From the NCBI RefSeq assembly GCF_001194135.2, contig NC_068986.1:95678012-95742011 (forward strand): a stretch of 64,000 nucleotides of DNA, read 5' to 3'. The translations under genes and the position numbers were made by a program. The DNA is from Octopus bimaculoides (Eukaryota). Shown here piece after piece: positions 51,989 through 64,000 of this stretch (positions are counted from its first letter, which is position 1; each line of letters begins with the position of its first letter). The notes below the pieces were generated by a model. That model was not told where the DNA came from and did not search any database. It saw nothing but the letters and a program-made list of their open reading frames with translations.

Positions 51989-52221
51989 GGTACTAACTAC
52001 TAAAGCAGCACGGTCCCGAACACGCAGTCGCGTGTCCGCGCTAGCCAGTCTTGAGTGGTCGATCCTAACCCCAACGCTATCCGCAACCCTAACCCTAAAC
52101 ACGTATTCATTTGCACACGCGGGTTAGGGACAGGGTTAGGGTTAGTGACAGGGTCAGGGCTAGGATCGACCACTCACGACTAGCTAGCGCGGACGTGCGA
52201 CCGTGCTGCTTTAGTAGTACC
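51989..52221. mobile_element. Fold-back MITE with telomeric-repeat arms, copy 2 (133 nt after the NAA20 stop)
   Basis: Same family and orientation as 47935-48159, with the same spacer AAACACGTATTCATTTGCACACGC. Its own exact 9-bp TSD TAATTAGTG at 51980-51988 and 52222-52230. Confidence 0.9.
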
Positions 52222-55200
52222 TAATTAGTGTTAGAAATTTCCAGGGATGTTACAATTGTATCCCAGTAATCCTTTATATAAATTTCAGAACAAATGTCTT
52301 ATGTAAAATAACAAAAATTCTTGTTATTGATGTTCTTTCTTGTTTTTAATTCCAGGTATGACATGATCGAAGAGATTTAGAATGAAAAGTATTCAAAATC
52401 AAAACCACTCCGTTTTTCTTTTTCAGCTATTGTGTACTCAGAACTACAGTATCCGATTTGCCATTTTCCCTTAAACGGTAGGGGTGGGTTGGATGGCGAA
52501 AGTAAAGAATACGTACACCCGGTGTGTAGGGTTAGGGTTTTTGTGACGCCGAAAACGGGTAGTGTACGTATTCTTCACCTCCGCCGGTTGGATTTGGCTA
52601 GTATTTCTAGCATATCCACCAACCCAGGAATAGCTGCTATTGTTTAACCGAAGGTCAACTTTAATTAAGTCATAACACAAAGGCTGTAATTTGCTATGAT
52701 AGACACTCATTCCCACGTAAGTTTGGTCGTTAATTTGTTCTAAATTAATTAAAACTTCATTTTGTGAGAGAATGCAATTCATTATGTGTGTTTAAATCCT
52801 GTTACGTAGAAACCGATTTGAATTATTTTTGAATTCTTGGCTAGAAATGTTTATTGTTTTGGGCAAAGTTGTCGAATGTATACGGAAATAGCAGCACCCA
52901 GTAAAAATGGTGGGGACCACAAGCGATATGCTACTTTCGTCCAATTCACATATCACTTTTCTTTTCAGTCATTGGACTGCGGCCATGCTTGGGGCACCGC
53001 CATGAAGGGTTTTAGTCGAACAGATCGACCTCAGTACTTTTTTGAATTATGAAGGCCTAGTACTTTTTCTATCAGTCACTTACGCCGAACCGCTACGGTT
53101 ATAGTCACGTAAACAACCCCAGACCGGTTGTAAAGCGGTGGCGAGACACACATACGATGGGCTTTTTCAGTATTCGTCGACCAAATTCACTCAGAAGATT
53201 TTGATGAGTCCGAGGATATAGTAGGAGATACTTGCTCAAGGTGTCACGCAATGGGACTGAACTCGGAACAGGTGTTAACTGTGTAGAAAACTAATATGAC
53301 AAAAAAATTTGCCCAAACGAACCTGGGGGTGAGGAGACTTTCGGAAAATTCACAAGATCCGATTTTTCTGTCATAACTTTCAGGAAAATGGATATATATT
53401 TAGGGAATCCCACGTTTTTGGTTATGGAGGCTCCAATTCCGAAAAAAAATTTTCAAAAACCGCAATTTCAATTTTCCCTCCCCCTCTTCATTTTTCACTT
53501 TTTCCGTTAACACCCTGCATGCTGTGGGTTTTTTTTTGTTTTTGTTAACGGGTGAAGATCTTTATATTAACCCAAACGTATATTAACCACACAACCACGC
53601 CAATTACTACTAAAATGAATTGTTTGCTGTTTTATCCTATATTATAGACATAAAACAGCAACCTTAGAATTTTTGCTGGGATTTCACATGAGTAATATAA
53701 ATAATAATTTATGAATCATTGGGGGAGCTAGTGATTACAAAGACTAATTAAACTAACTTAATGACCGTTTTATAAACAACCATGCGTTAGAATTTTTTTT
53801 TAGATACTCACAGGTTACAGCATGTTTCTATATGAGCCCTTCCATCTTGTACCGGAAGTTTTTGTCTACATACATATTCGTTACTTTATTTTATTTTTTC
53901 ATATTCGCCTGGAAAAGCTAAATCTTGTCCAAATAATAATTATTACATTTATGTATTTGTTTTCCAAGATTCATGATGTGACCATCCCCAAGTATAACGA
54001 AATAATAATTATTAAACAAAACTGTGCCAAAACAGACAAAAGTTTCATAAAACGAAAATATCTCCGGACAAATTTCAAATCCCCTATTTCCAAGGAAATG
54101 TTGTCATTCTACCTTAACTGTGCCTGTTACTGTGATTAAGGCCCATTTGGTGCAAGTTCTAGGAAGTCTAAATTTTAGCAGTGAATGATCTGTTAGGTTT
54201 ACACATGTGTGTTCAGACAACTTGCCACCTGTTAACATTTATAATTAAATAATTTAAACAATTCATGATCCCAAAATAATTTCATTTTAGTTGAGGCTTA
54301 ATTTTTAATCTCTATCAATTTATTTCAGTAACTTTCAACTACAAAATGATAGCATGCATACATCCTATTATGTCATATATAGTCTCATATATATGTACAT
54401 ACACACCTGACATCTTGTGCCTTTAGTGGAGTCCATTCTGCTGCAAAACACGTGGGTTAGGTTTCAAGTTTGAGGATATCTTTCTCCTTCCCACCTGATT
54501 CAGTGGTCATGAGCACAGCCTTCATGTAATGCACTTTCACTCATGTAAGGCAGCCATTTTATGTACCTAATTTGAAAGATTGCTTAACTGTCTAAACTTA
54601 CAGTAGATACTAACATTTCTCCCCCCCTCCCCTCGCTTTTGAATTTGGCAATATTACTTGATCAAAGACCGGATCCTCAGATTCATTTGTACCACATTGC
54701 AGAGAATATGATCATTTAATGTCCATATTCAATGCTGACATTGAATACCATTTTGATGGTATTCGATGAGCCAGAGAATCAAATTTGAGTTGTATGCTCA
54801 GTAATGATTCCCTGAGCAGACCCTTGGTTGATATTGCTAACAGATGCTGCTTTGCATTCCATTTTGAACTTGAACAATAAAATTACTTGGCTTTGTTTTT
54901 TCTTTTATCTTAAATTTAAAAGCCTCTTATAAATAAGAATTGAAAGGAGCTGACTAAAGTAACAAAGTGTTACATTCAATTTTTGTTTTATTTTCACTTG
55001 TAAGTTATAGTATCTGTATAGTTTACTGTTTTGATTGCAACCAACAAATACTGTAATATCTACAGGTCATAGATTTCTCAAAAACTTATGAGATATCTGA
55101 AACAACAAACAGAATATAATGTTACATCAAAATAAACAGAGAAAGCACAACTTATTTTGGACCTTCATTAATAAAATAAATACCAATCAAATATAGATTT

Positions 55201-55489
55201 GATTATATCAACTATATCTCTGATTGAATATTTGAGAATTTGTGCTCAAGCTGCAAAACATTCTTTTCAGAGAGATTGACTCTAATGTCACATTCTCCAA
55301 TTTAGGCAAAGAAATGTTTTGTCTTGTTATTTACAGTATCATATTATACACTTAAGGAAATGAGGGATTTGACAAACGAGACATGGCTCAGGAAGGAAGT
55401 GACCATTGGCTTAGCAACCGGAAGTTTTATAGAACTCATCCAGGAATAGAACTTTCATAAATGAAGATTCATCACCACTGTACATGAGC

Positions 55490-55900
55490 TTGTCTTTTTT
55501 TTATTGTCCTACTTAAAGCTACAAATCTTATTCAAACACCCCAAAATTGTACTATTTATCCTCTTCCTAAAATTCACAAGCTCAACAATTCTGGTTTTGT
55601 CATCATCTCCACTTGCAGTTGTCTCATTAGCTAATTAGGTTACTCCTTGTTGAAACCTATCTGTCCCACATTACCCAGTGTTACCAAAGTCTTTGGTACT
55701 CAGATGCAAAGACATTTTCAGCTCCCTCATCTTAATTAAACATGCGTGACAAATAAGAGGAAATTTTGCACCCACAGATATCTGCCTCCTCGTCCTCCGC
55801 CTTGCTACACATCTGAACGTGCCTTCCTTACCTTAAACATCTTTCAGTACACCCTGACTCTCCAAATTTCATTTCATGTATGTTAAACCCCTTTACATCA
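55490..55900 (+). mobile_element. Highly degenerate Penelope RT fragment
   Basis: LPKIHKLNNSG at about 55563, homologous to the LPLIHKPNNPG motif of the 41880-44095 element. Confidence 0.5.
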
Positions 55901-56016
55901 TCAGTTTCCGTAATAGTCTCTCAGACCACAAGTTCATTGCAGAAACAAAGGGAGGGGAGATAATTCTGAACAAAAATAAATTTTGAACAGATTACATATT
56001 AACATATGCATACATA

Positions 56017-57281
56017 CAGGGGTTGGATAAAATAATGGAAACACCTTAAAATTTCAAACAAATTTATTTTAATACGGGGTAGGACCGCCTTTGGCAGTAA
56101 TTACAGCTTGAATCCTACAAGGTATGCATCGTACAAAGTTTGAATTGTTTCCAAAGGAATTTTTGTCTATTCTTCAACTAAAACAATCTCCAGTTCTTGT
56201 AGTGATGATGGTGGAGGATATCGACTCATTACTTGTTTTTCTAAAATGCACCATAAAGGTTCAATAATATTGAGATCTGGGGACTGTGGTGGCCAGATAA
56301 GATATTCAATTTCACTAGAATGTTCCTCATGCCATTCAGTAACAATTTTAGATGTGTGAATTTGTGCATTTCATCCTGAAAGATTGTTTCCCTCTGGAAA
56401 CAGTTCTGCGACCATAAGATGAATTTGATCAGATAAAACGCTTAAATGGTCTTGACTATTAATTCTACCATTAAGGGAAACCATTGGGCCAGCAAATTTC
56501 CAAGATAATGCCTCCCACCTCAATAATCACGGATCCTCCTCCATATTTAACAGTTGGAAGAAGGCAGTCTGTGTCAAATGCTTCTTTTGGATGTCTCCAC
56601 ATGTATACTCGGTTGGTGGTCAGAAATAGGGTAAAGGATGACTCATCCGAGAACATTCTTCCACTGCTCTAGGGACCAATTCTGTAAGTTTTTACTCCAT
56701 TCTAAATGCTTTGCAACGTTTGTTTTTGAAAGTAGTGGTTTTCTGATTGCGGCCCTCCTATGAAATTCAGCTTTGTGCAGCTCCTGGCTAACAGTTTTTG
56801 TGGAAACTGGGTTCTCGAGGTGGTCATTAAGCTCTGCAGTAATTTTGGGAGCTGTACTTCAGTGATCCTTTCTAACAATTCACGTAAGAGTCCAACAGTC
56901 CCTATTTGAAAGTTTGGGTTTTCTTCCGGAGTTTTGTTTCGACTGGGAGGTTTTTCCCTCTTTCTCAAAGGCTGTCATTACTTTCGAGACAGTACTTCTT
57001 GATACACCATACATTTCGGCTGTTTTCATTACGCTAGCGCCTACCATATGAACACCAACAATTTGACCTCTTTGAAAGTCTGATAGATCTGGGTTTTAAT
57101 GAATTTTAATTACCTTTCTCTGATGATATGTGAAAAGAAGCCGCAATTTTAGCAAAACATATTAAGCAACACTAATAATAAATCAAAAAACAAAAATAAA
57201 CAAGCTCCCAAGCTTTTGACGGTTTTATAGATATTTCAAAATTATGATGCTAGATGTTTCCATTATTTTGTCGAACCCCTG
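56017..57281 (-). mobile_element. Full-length degenerate Tc1-like transposon
   Basis: 30-bp TIRs CAGGGGTT(G/C)GA(T/C)AAAATAATGGAAACA(C/T)CT with TA flanks. Transposase remnants DLSDFQRGQIVG, FSDESSF, HGG-like YGGGSV, SPDLNIIEPLW and AKGGPTPY*. Start codon lost; frameshifts present. Confidence 0.88.
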
Positions 57282-57796
57282 TACATATGTACACACACAT
57301 TAAATCAACTAGTATTATTTAAAGAAATAAACAAATATCTCCATTCTATATTAGGCTGAGTACTTCACTTTAGATTGTCTTTCCCCAGTTTTTTAATGTA
57401 GGCATTTATGACTTTGTACATATGTGAATATATGTATATATGTGCATCATCTATGCCAAAATGAGTATATGAGCCATAAAACAAAATACTAAAACTTTCT
57501 ACGATACGGACAAGGCCTGAAATTTTGGGAGAGGAGGCTAGTTGATTACATCAACACAAATGCTTGACTAACACTTATTCTATTGAATCTAGAAGGGTGA
57601 AAGGCAAAGTTAACCTAAGCAGAATTTGAACTCAGAAAATGAAACCAGAAGAAATACTGCAAAACATTTTGCCTGATGTTTCTGTGTAAACTCTGCATTT
57701 TATCATGTATTGAGTACTTGATTGAACATAATCATTTTCACTTTTTTGATCAAATGAACTTATGATATATATACATTATGTATATATTACTTAAAC

Positions 57797-57827
<31 letters not shown>

Positions 57828-57878
57828 CATACACACACACACACACACATATATATATTTATATATGTATAAATAAAT

Positions 57879-58989
57879 ACTAGCTGAATAGCCTGTCATT
57901 GCCAGGCAATTTTTACAATAGAATGTTTTAGATAAATTTTTATTTATTCCTTGTCAGAGCATGCCTTCCTCAACAGATAGGTATCTTGATCAGGACAGAT
58001 TTGTGCAATTTTTCGCAAAAAAACTTACTTGAGGATTTTTTCCTTTTTAGATTATTTACATGTCTGTTCAACCATTTCACATGACTTTATTCACTCAAAC
58101 TTCAGAAGTTCTTACAACTTTGATAGTCGTAATGCTTTGCTTTTGTTTGTTTAATAGAAATTCCTCCTAATGATTTTGCTTTCATTTAGTGATAGACAGC
58201 TATCATGCAGAAAATGCCAGCTTCCAAATCCTGTTTTCTGATTAGGTAGAATTGATTAAACTTTAAACCTCAGTAACATTTTTTAGCAATTTTTCTGGAA
58301 CAAGTAAATAATGAAATCGGATTTAACGTGGAAAATTATTTCAATATACCAGGTTTGAAAATTTTAATGTAATTTTAAAATCTCACAATATGCGACAGCA
58401 ACAGTGAAGATCCTACAAAAGTAGAGAGACGGACAGTTATAGAATGTCTCTCTCACAAACGTACACACAGGTAATCATGAGTTTAAAATGGTGTATAGTA
58501 GACATATGTATGTATGTATATATATGTATGTGTGTCTGTCTGTGTGTGAGTGTTTCTTTGCAATGGACAGCAGAAAAGCTACCTACCTCCTCTCCTTAAA
58601 GCTATGTATTCTTCACACCCACTTTTCAGTGTGTGTTGTATCTGTGTATTTACAAAAGTATGTATGCAACGTTGCATGTATATGACAGCTGTATGAATGT
58701 TATCATCCCATTGCCATTGCTGTTCTCACCTTCACTGATATAAGTCACCCTCTCTCTGCTACTACCTTTCCCTCACACTAATACTTTTTGAAACCTCATT
58801 CTATCATATAATTTGCCCAATGTCCCCTGGGTGGGGGAGCACATTATAGATTTTTATTGAAATCCAATTAGCCTATTATTGAACTGGATGTTAGTGTAAC
58901 ATGTATGCAAGGTTTTGTGAATATTGGTTTGCTGGTTTAAGCACTAAGGTGGTAACAGACAGACAGAAATTGCCTTTTATATATATATG
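57879..58989 (+). mobile_element. Helentron/HINE-like non-autonomous rolling-circle element (tentative)
   Basis: Starts ACTAGCTGAATAGCCTGTCATTGCCAGG and ends AAGGTGGTAACAGACAGACAGAAATTGCCTTTTATATATAT, with internal GT/GTCT microsatellites. Layout recognised from the family pattern, not from an alignment. Confidence 0.5.
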
Positions 58990-58996
58990 TATATAT

Positions 58997-59870
58997 ATAT
59001 AAATGAGTAACAAAGATGTACAGGTGTCAATTCATTATGGCTGTTTCAAGTGAGTCCTTTAATTGATTAATGAAAACATTACATCATTTGAAAGAAACAA
59101 TTCTTGTCAGATGACTGCATAGACTTCAAATATAAAGGACATAACCATTTCCTTAACATATTCACATCAATAATGGAACTCAAAATATTTACATTGTTTC
59201 TTTTGTCACCACTCTTTTTATCCTGAGCCCCACTATTTCCTCTGCTACTCTCCAAATTATAGTAGACTTAACAAGGTATGCATTATTACTAAACTCATTC
59301 TGCCACAGATATGACACAAGAAATAATGTAAATATTTTGAGTTCAATTGTTGATGTGAATATGTTAAGGAAATGGTTATATCCTTTATATTTGAAGTCAA
59401 TGCATTCATCTGATGAGAATGGTTTCTTTCATCATCATCATCATCATCATCCAGTGTTTTAAATCCAGATTTTGTCCCTGTTAACAAGGGTGGCTGGATC
59501 TACTTCAATGCCATAGCAACTGTGGTAGGCAGGTGCAGCCCACCCCAACCTTTGGGCTGGCTGGTACACATTCTCCTTTGTTATCATGAGGCTTTTTTGG
59601 AGCTGGATTTTCTATGGGGAGCATGCCCTTGTTTACCCCAACCTCAGTTTTTAGACACAAGTGGTCCCGAGACCAAGGCCTCTACCCTGATTTTCAAGAA
59701 ATGTAATGGAAAACTAGTTAAGGAAAACAGGGATGCTACTCCCTGAGACCCCTTTCAGAGCCCCCCTATCTACTTTCAAATGATGTAATGTTTTCATTAA
59801 TCAATTAAAGGAGTTGCTTGAAATGGCTGTAATGAATTGACACCTGTACATCTTTGTTAACCATTTATAT
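58997..59870. mobile_element. Non-autonomous element with about 98-bp terminal inverted repeats
   Basis: 58997-59094 is the near-exact reverse complement of 59773-59870. No coding capacity inside; the interior 59600-59710 matches a repeat at about 32870-32990. Confidence 0.65.
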
Positions 59871-60024
59871 TTTATTCACATAACTTGGAATCTGTACTTC
59901 GGAAATATTAGCTGGGTTGCGTTGCCTGCCTGTACAGCGTCTTGATATTCAATATTCAATTAATATTGCTTGGGTGTGCAGATGATACCAACCTAGTTGG
60001 TATCTAATTCAACAGAATCTTAAT

Positions 60025-60068
<44 letters not shown>

Positions 60069-60143
60069 TAACTTGGAAATGGATGTGTGGTGTTCAATTA
60101 AATAATAAAATAAATAAATATATATATGTGTGTGTGTGTGTGT

Positions 60144-60193
<50 letters not shown>

Positions 60194-60200
60194 GCATATA

Positions 60201-60675
60201 TGGGCACAGGACGTCAGTAACAGTAAACAACATGAAATACGAAAACCAATGAGTTAAATACGCAAATAATGAGAGAGAAAAAAAAGAACAGTAATACAAT
60301 GAAGGGTCACCTTCATCAGTTGTCGGCTGTCTATCTACTCCCCATTTCAAGCAATCAATGAGAATATGAGTCTTTGAAGACAGTTATTCCCATAAATACC
60401 AAAATAAAATTTTGGATTTATGTCCTGTTTTTGTTCCTAACTTTGACACTCCATAAATCTAAAATTTTATTTTGGTATTTATGGGAGCAACTGTCTTCGA
60501 AGACTCATATTGTCACTGATTGCTCAAAATGGGGAGTAGATAGACAGCTGACAACTGATGAAGGGTCATTCTTTGTATTACTTGTCCTTTTTTCCTCTCG
60601 TTATTTTGCGTATTTAATTCATTTGTTTTCTTATTTCATTTGTTTAATGTTACTGTTGGTGACGTCCTGCACCCA
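60201..60675. repeat. Long palindromic (fold-back) element: about 222-bp arms, 29-bp spacer
   Basis: 60201-60422 pairs with 60452-60675 and sits in (TA)n-rich flanks. The ORF track shows the same peptide (KWGVDRQxTTDEG) on both strands. Confidence 0.85.
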
Positions 60676-61519
60676 TATATATATCTATATACAGTTTAGT
60701 AGCAAACGATTTTTATTTCAGTGGAAGTTGTAGAGAATGAATTAACTGTAAGACAATTTAACTGAATATGCCATCTGATAAGATGGAAATGATAACATTT
60801 TATATATCAAAAATATACATGTATAGTATATGCATATGATAGATATACTTTATAAATATATTTCTTTTCAATCTTTAACCTGCTCTGGATTCTGATCGCT
60901 TATAAAAATAAGTTTAATATTTATAGGTAAAATAAACATCAAGTTGTATATAATTAAATATAAGAGAAGCAGTTTTAGGATAAAAATCTACTTTAAATTA
61001 TAGATGTGTTGCATAAAGCAGATTTTTAGCTGATCTATAATCTAAGTTACCTCAGTTATAATCATCCAGTGTTTTTGTATATTTAGGATTACATTGTTGA
61101 ATGTTCTTTCCTTCTTTTAAGGCAAAGTGGTGTAATGAGATGGAAATTTGACCATATATTTATTAATGGTTTTATTATTGTTGTTATACTTAGTTTCTTC
61201 CAAGATCAGATTATTAATATTTGAGAAGAGTAATATGCTTAGTCGAGAGGATCCACAGTAATTTTAAAAAAATTCATTTTAGAGTGACCTATAAGTAATT
61301 AATATAATATATGCATCATAGTTCCAGTTTATGAGCTGCAACCTAACAAAAACATCATGATAGACTAATTTTAGCAGACTCCAGCACATGTGGTCGATTA
61401 AAGAATTGGAATTTTTCGGAGAATTTTTTGCTTTGAACATTTGTTAATTTAGTCATCAAAATCATGTCTGTCAATGTACCCATGGCCTCTACAGGACTGT
61501 CAAAATCGAACAGTTAATG

Positions 61520-62200
61520 TTTCTTATGAAGAGTTATAAGTCAACAGCAACAGGATGAACAAGTACAGGAAAGGAATTTCAAGGGAACAAAATTCTGAGA
61601 AGGAAAAATTACATGTAGGAGTTAGTGCAGGGCCTGAAGGGAATAGACACAACATGGGTAATAAGAGGAAGTAAGACGAAGTGAACTGAAGATGCCTGAG
61701 TGGCAGTATCATGGGGTGGGCACTGCTGAAAGGTGGTCAGTAGGTCATTGATATATAAAAAGAAGAGTGAGTGGGGTAAAATTGAACCCTGTTGCATACA
61801 AGAGTTGATGGAGAATGGTTAAGAGAGCTCCTGCTGTACATGCTTACAACTGTGCTATTTGACGGAAACTCACTGATTCAGAAGATTAACAGAACCCATA
61901 ACCAAGTAAATTTGCTTTAAGAGGAATGACTATGTACATAACAAAAGCACCTAACTTTCAGATGGCCTAATCCACCTACTGTAAAGAGGTAACAATGGGC
62001 CTGGACTAAAAATAATCATCCTTGTTGGAGGAAAAGCAATCTATATATGTCAGTTAATTTATTGTCTTCCAGTACACTACTTTCAAACTGTTACTGTGTT
62101 TCAAGAAATTACTAGAAACACTCACTATCAGACCAGAGTATCTACAAGCCTCCTTAAACACCTTAACTTGTCTTTTCATGTGTACTCAGAGACCCCACCC
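61520..62200 (-). mobile_element. Degenerate LINE reverse-transcriptase fragment (CR1/L2/jockey-like)
   Basis: QQGSILPHSLFFLYINDLL resembles the PQGSxLGPxLFLxYINDL motif; many stops. Confidence 0.55.
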
Positions 62201-63648
62201 ATTAGACAAACTGTTGCCCTTGTCTGTACATAATTCATCACTGCAGTATTGGTCTCAACTAGATGGATGCATGGTATAATTGAAATAGCATCTAGTTGTT
62301 TGATTGACCTACCTGTATAACAAAAAAAAAATCTTGATCAGAGGTGATCTGAAAGAAACAGAGATAAAACTTTCAAAACATGAACATGCAAAATTTACCT
62401 CCTCTATATTATTGCAACAGTATCTGCTTAGGTTGATAGTGTGCATCTATCTAAAACATTTGTTTATTGAGGTTCCCTTCACAAATAGCAATGAAACAAA
62501 AATGTTATATAGATTCTATTATAATCCCCTTTTAAAAAAAGATTCTCACAGCATACCACTACCACCACCACTGTCACCACCACCACCACCATCATCATCT
62601 AATATCCGTTTTCCATGCTGGCATGGGTTGGATGGTCCAACCAGAGCTGGTAAGGCAAGGGGCTGCATCAGGCTCCATTATTTGTTCTGGCATGGTTTCT
62701 ATGACTGGACCTTCCTAATGCCAACCAGTCTAAAGAGTATACTAGGTGTTTTTTGTATTGGTCCCTTTTGCTGAACCACTAAGTTACAGGGGTGTTATTA
62801 AGTTGTAATGCACACATAAATACATCCATGCACACACACACACACACATACATACGCACACACACACACATACACATGCACAGACAGACAGAGACACACA
62901 CACACATGCACGCATGCACACATACACACATTTACAGTTTTCTTCTCCCAAATTCACTCACAAGGCATCTATAAGCCATTTCCCTTGCTCAAAGCGCCAT
63001 ATTGTCTAACTGAATATGAAACCGTGCGTTTGAAAAGTAAACTTCCTGACTACATGCATGTTAATTGAAAAGATAAAAGCATGACAGAGTTTCAAACACC
63101 ATGGACTTTATTAATATTTCGATTTATCACTGTATTGACCAGACTATCAGATGTGGTTACGAACCACTAGTCACAGTGCACTTCCCCACATTATTGTTGC
63201 CTTCAAAGGATACCATCCTGCTGGCTTAGTGGACAAATTATTTCTACTTACATATCATCATATTGTTTCTCTACATTAATTGTCTGAATGATCAGCAATG
63301 TGACTGAGTAATGATTCACGAAACTTCAGTTTTTAAGATGTTACATTACGTATTGAGTACTTTTTGTTTGTATGTAAGCACAAACATACACCAGTCTCTT
63401 TCTGCTATTACTCTCGAGATTCTACACACTCACTGTTTACCAAAATTCCTGTCATAAAATATTGATTGACACAAGATTACAGAAGAAGGCACTGGCCAAA
63501 GTCATGTGACTGAACTTAAAACAATGTAGTAATGTGATCTTAACCAAACGGCTAATTATACATATATTTCCTTTTTATTCATTTAATTTCTTCGTTAGTT
63601 CCCTGTAATCCGGACTGGTTTAGATTCTATCTCATCCTCTCTCTATAC

Positions 63649-64000
63649 GTACGTCCGTTCGAGCGGAATATGAACGTACGTGCGTCCGTTCAGCCTCCCT
63701 CTACACGTACGTCCGTTCGAGCGGAATATGAACTTACGTGCGTCTGTTCAGCCTCCCTCTGCACGTACGACTGTACGAGCGGAATATGAATGTACGTGCG
63801 TCCGTTCAGCCTCCCTCTAAACGTAAGTCCGTTCGAGTGGAAAATGAACGTAAGTGCGTCCGTTCAGCCTCCCTCTGCACGTACGTCCGTTCCAGCGGAA
63901 TATGAATGTACGTGCGTCCGTTCAGCCTCCCTCTGAAAGTAAGTCCGTTCGAGCGGAATATGAACGAACGTGCGTCCGTTAAGCCTCCCTCTGCACGTAC
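63649..64000. repeat. 58-bp tandem repeat (6 or more units, continues past the window end)
   Basis: Unit GTACGTCCGTTCGAGCGGAATATGAACGTACGTGCGTCCGTTCAGCCTCCCTCT(A/G)CAC; starts at 63649, 63707 and so on. Confidence 0.95.

Noticed and set aside
47935-52221. Composite transposon formed by the two MITEs carrying NAA20 and the RAD1 promoter
   Set aside because: Each copy has its own distinct 9-bp TSD, so they inserted independently; RAD1 exon 1 is contiguous with the rest of its gene.
60540-60590. Hammerhead ribozyme suggested by CTGATGA in the palindrome arms
   Set aside because: No GAAA core after the putative stem II and no three-stem arrangement.
63649-64000. CRISPR-like array
   Set aside because: Units are contiguous with no unique spacers, there are no cas genes, and the context is an animal genome.

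Overview
AT-rich, microsatellite- and SINE-dense animal genomic DNA with seven assembly gaps (7874-8175, 12254-12316, 17229-17448, 39869-40356, 41728-41844, 45207-45220, 49775-50129). The repeat landscape suggests an octopus/cephalopod (inference, not verified). Four protein genes are supported. (1) An intronless hnRNP A/B-family gene (444-1319, -). (2) An intact intronless Tigger/pogo-derived ORF with the DDE catalytic domain deleted in frame (22929-23744, +). (3) A complete 8-exon RAD1 gene of the 9-1-1 checkpoint clamp (30563-49156, -; 843 nt, 280 aa, all GT-AG junctions and phases consistent). (4) An intronless NAA20 (NatB catalytic subunit; 51334-51855, +), head-to-head with RAD1. Mobile elements include a near-intact DD41D Tc1/mariner, two Tc1-like remnants, a Merlin transposase remnant, Penelope, Tx1-like, RTE and other LINE fragments, tRNA-derived SINEs, a Helentron/HINE-like element and several inverted-repeat elements. 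The most unusual spot is the RAD1/NAA20 junction. Two copies of a fold-back element carrying telomeric (CCCTAA)n/(TTAGGG)n arms and 9-bp target-site duplications flank it, and a separate 140-nt nested stem-loop nearby displays a telomere-repeat tract in its loop.
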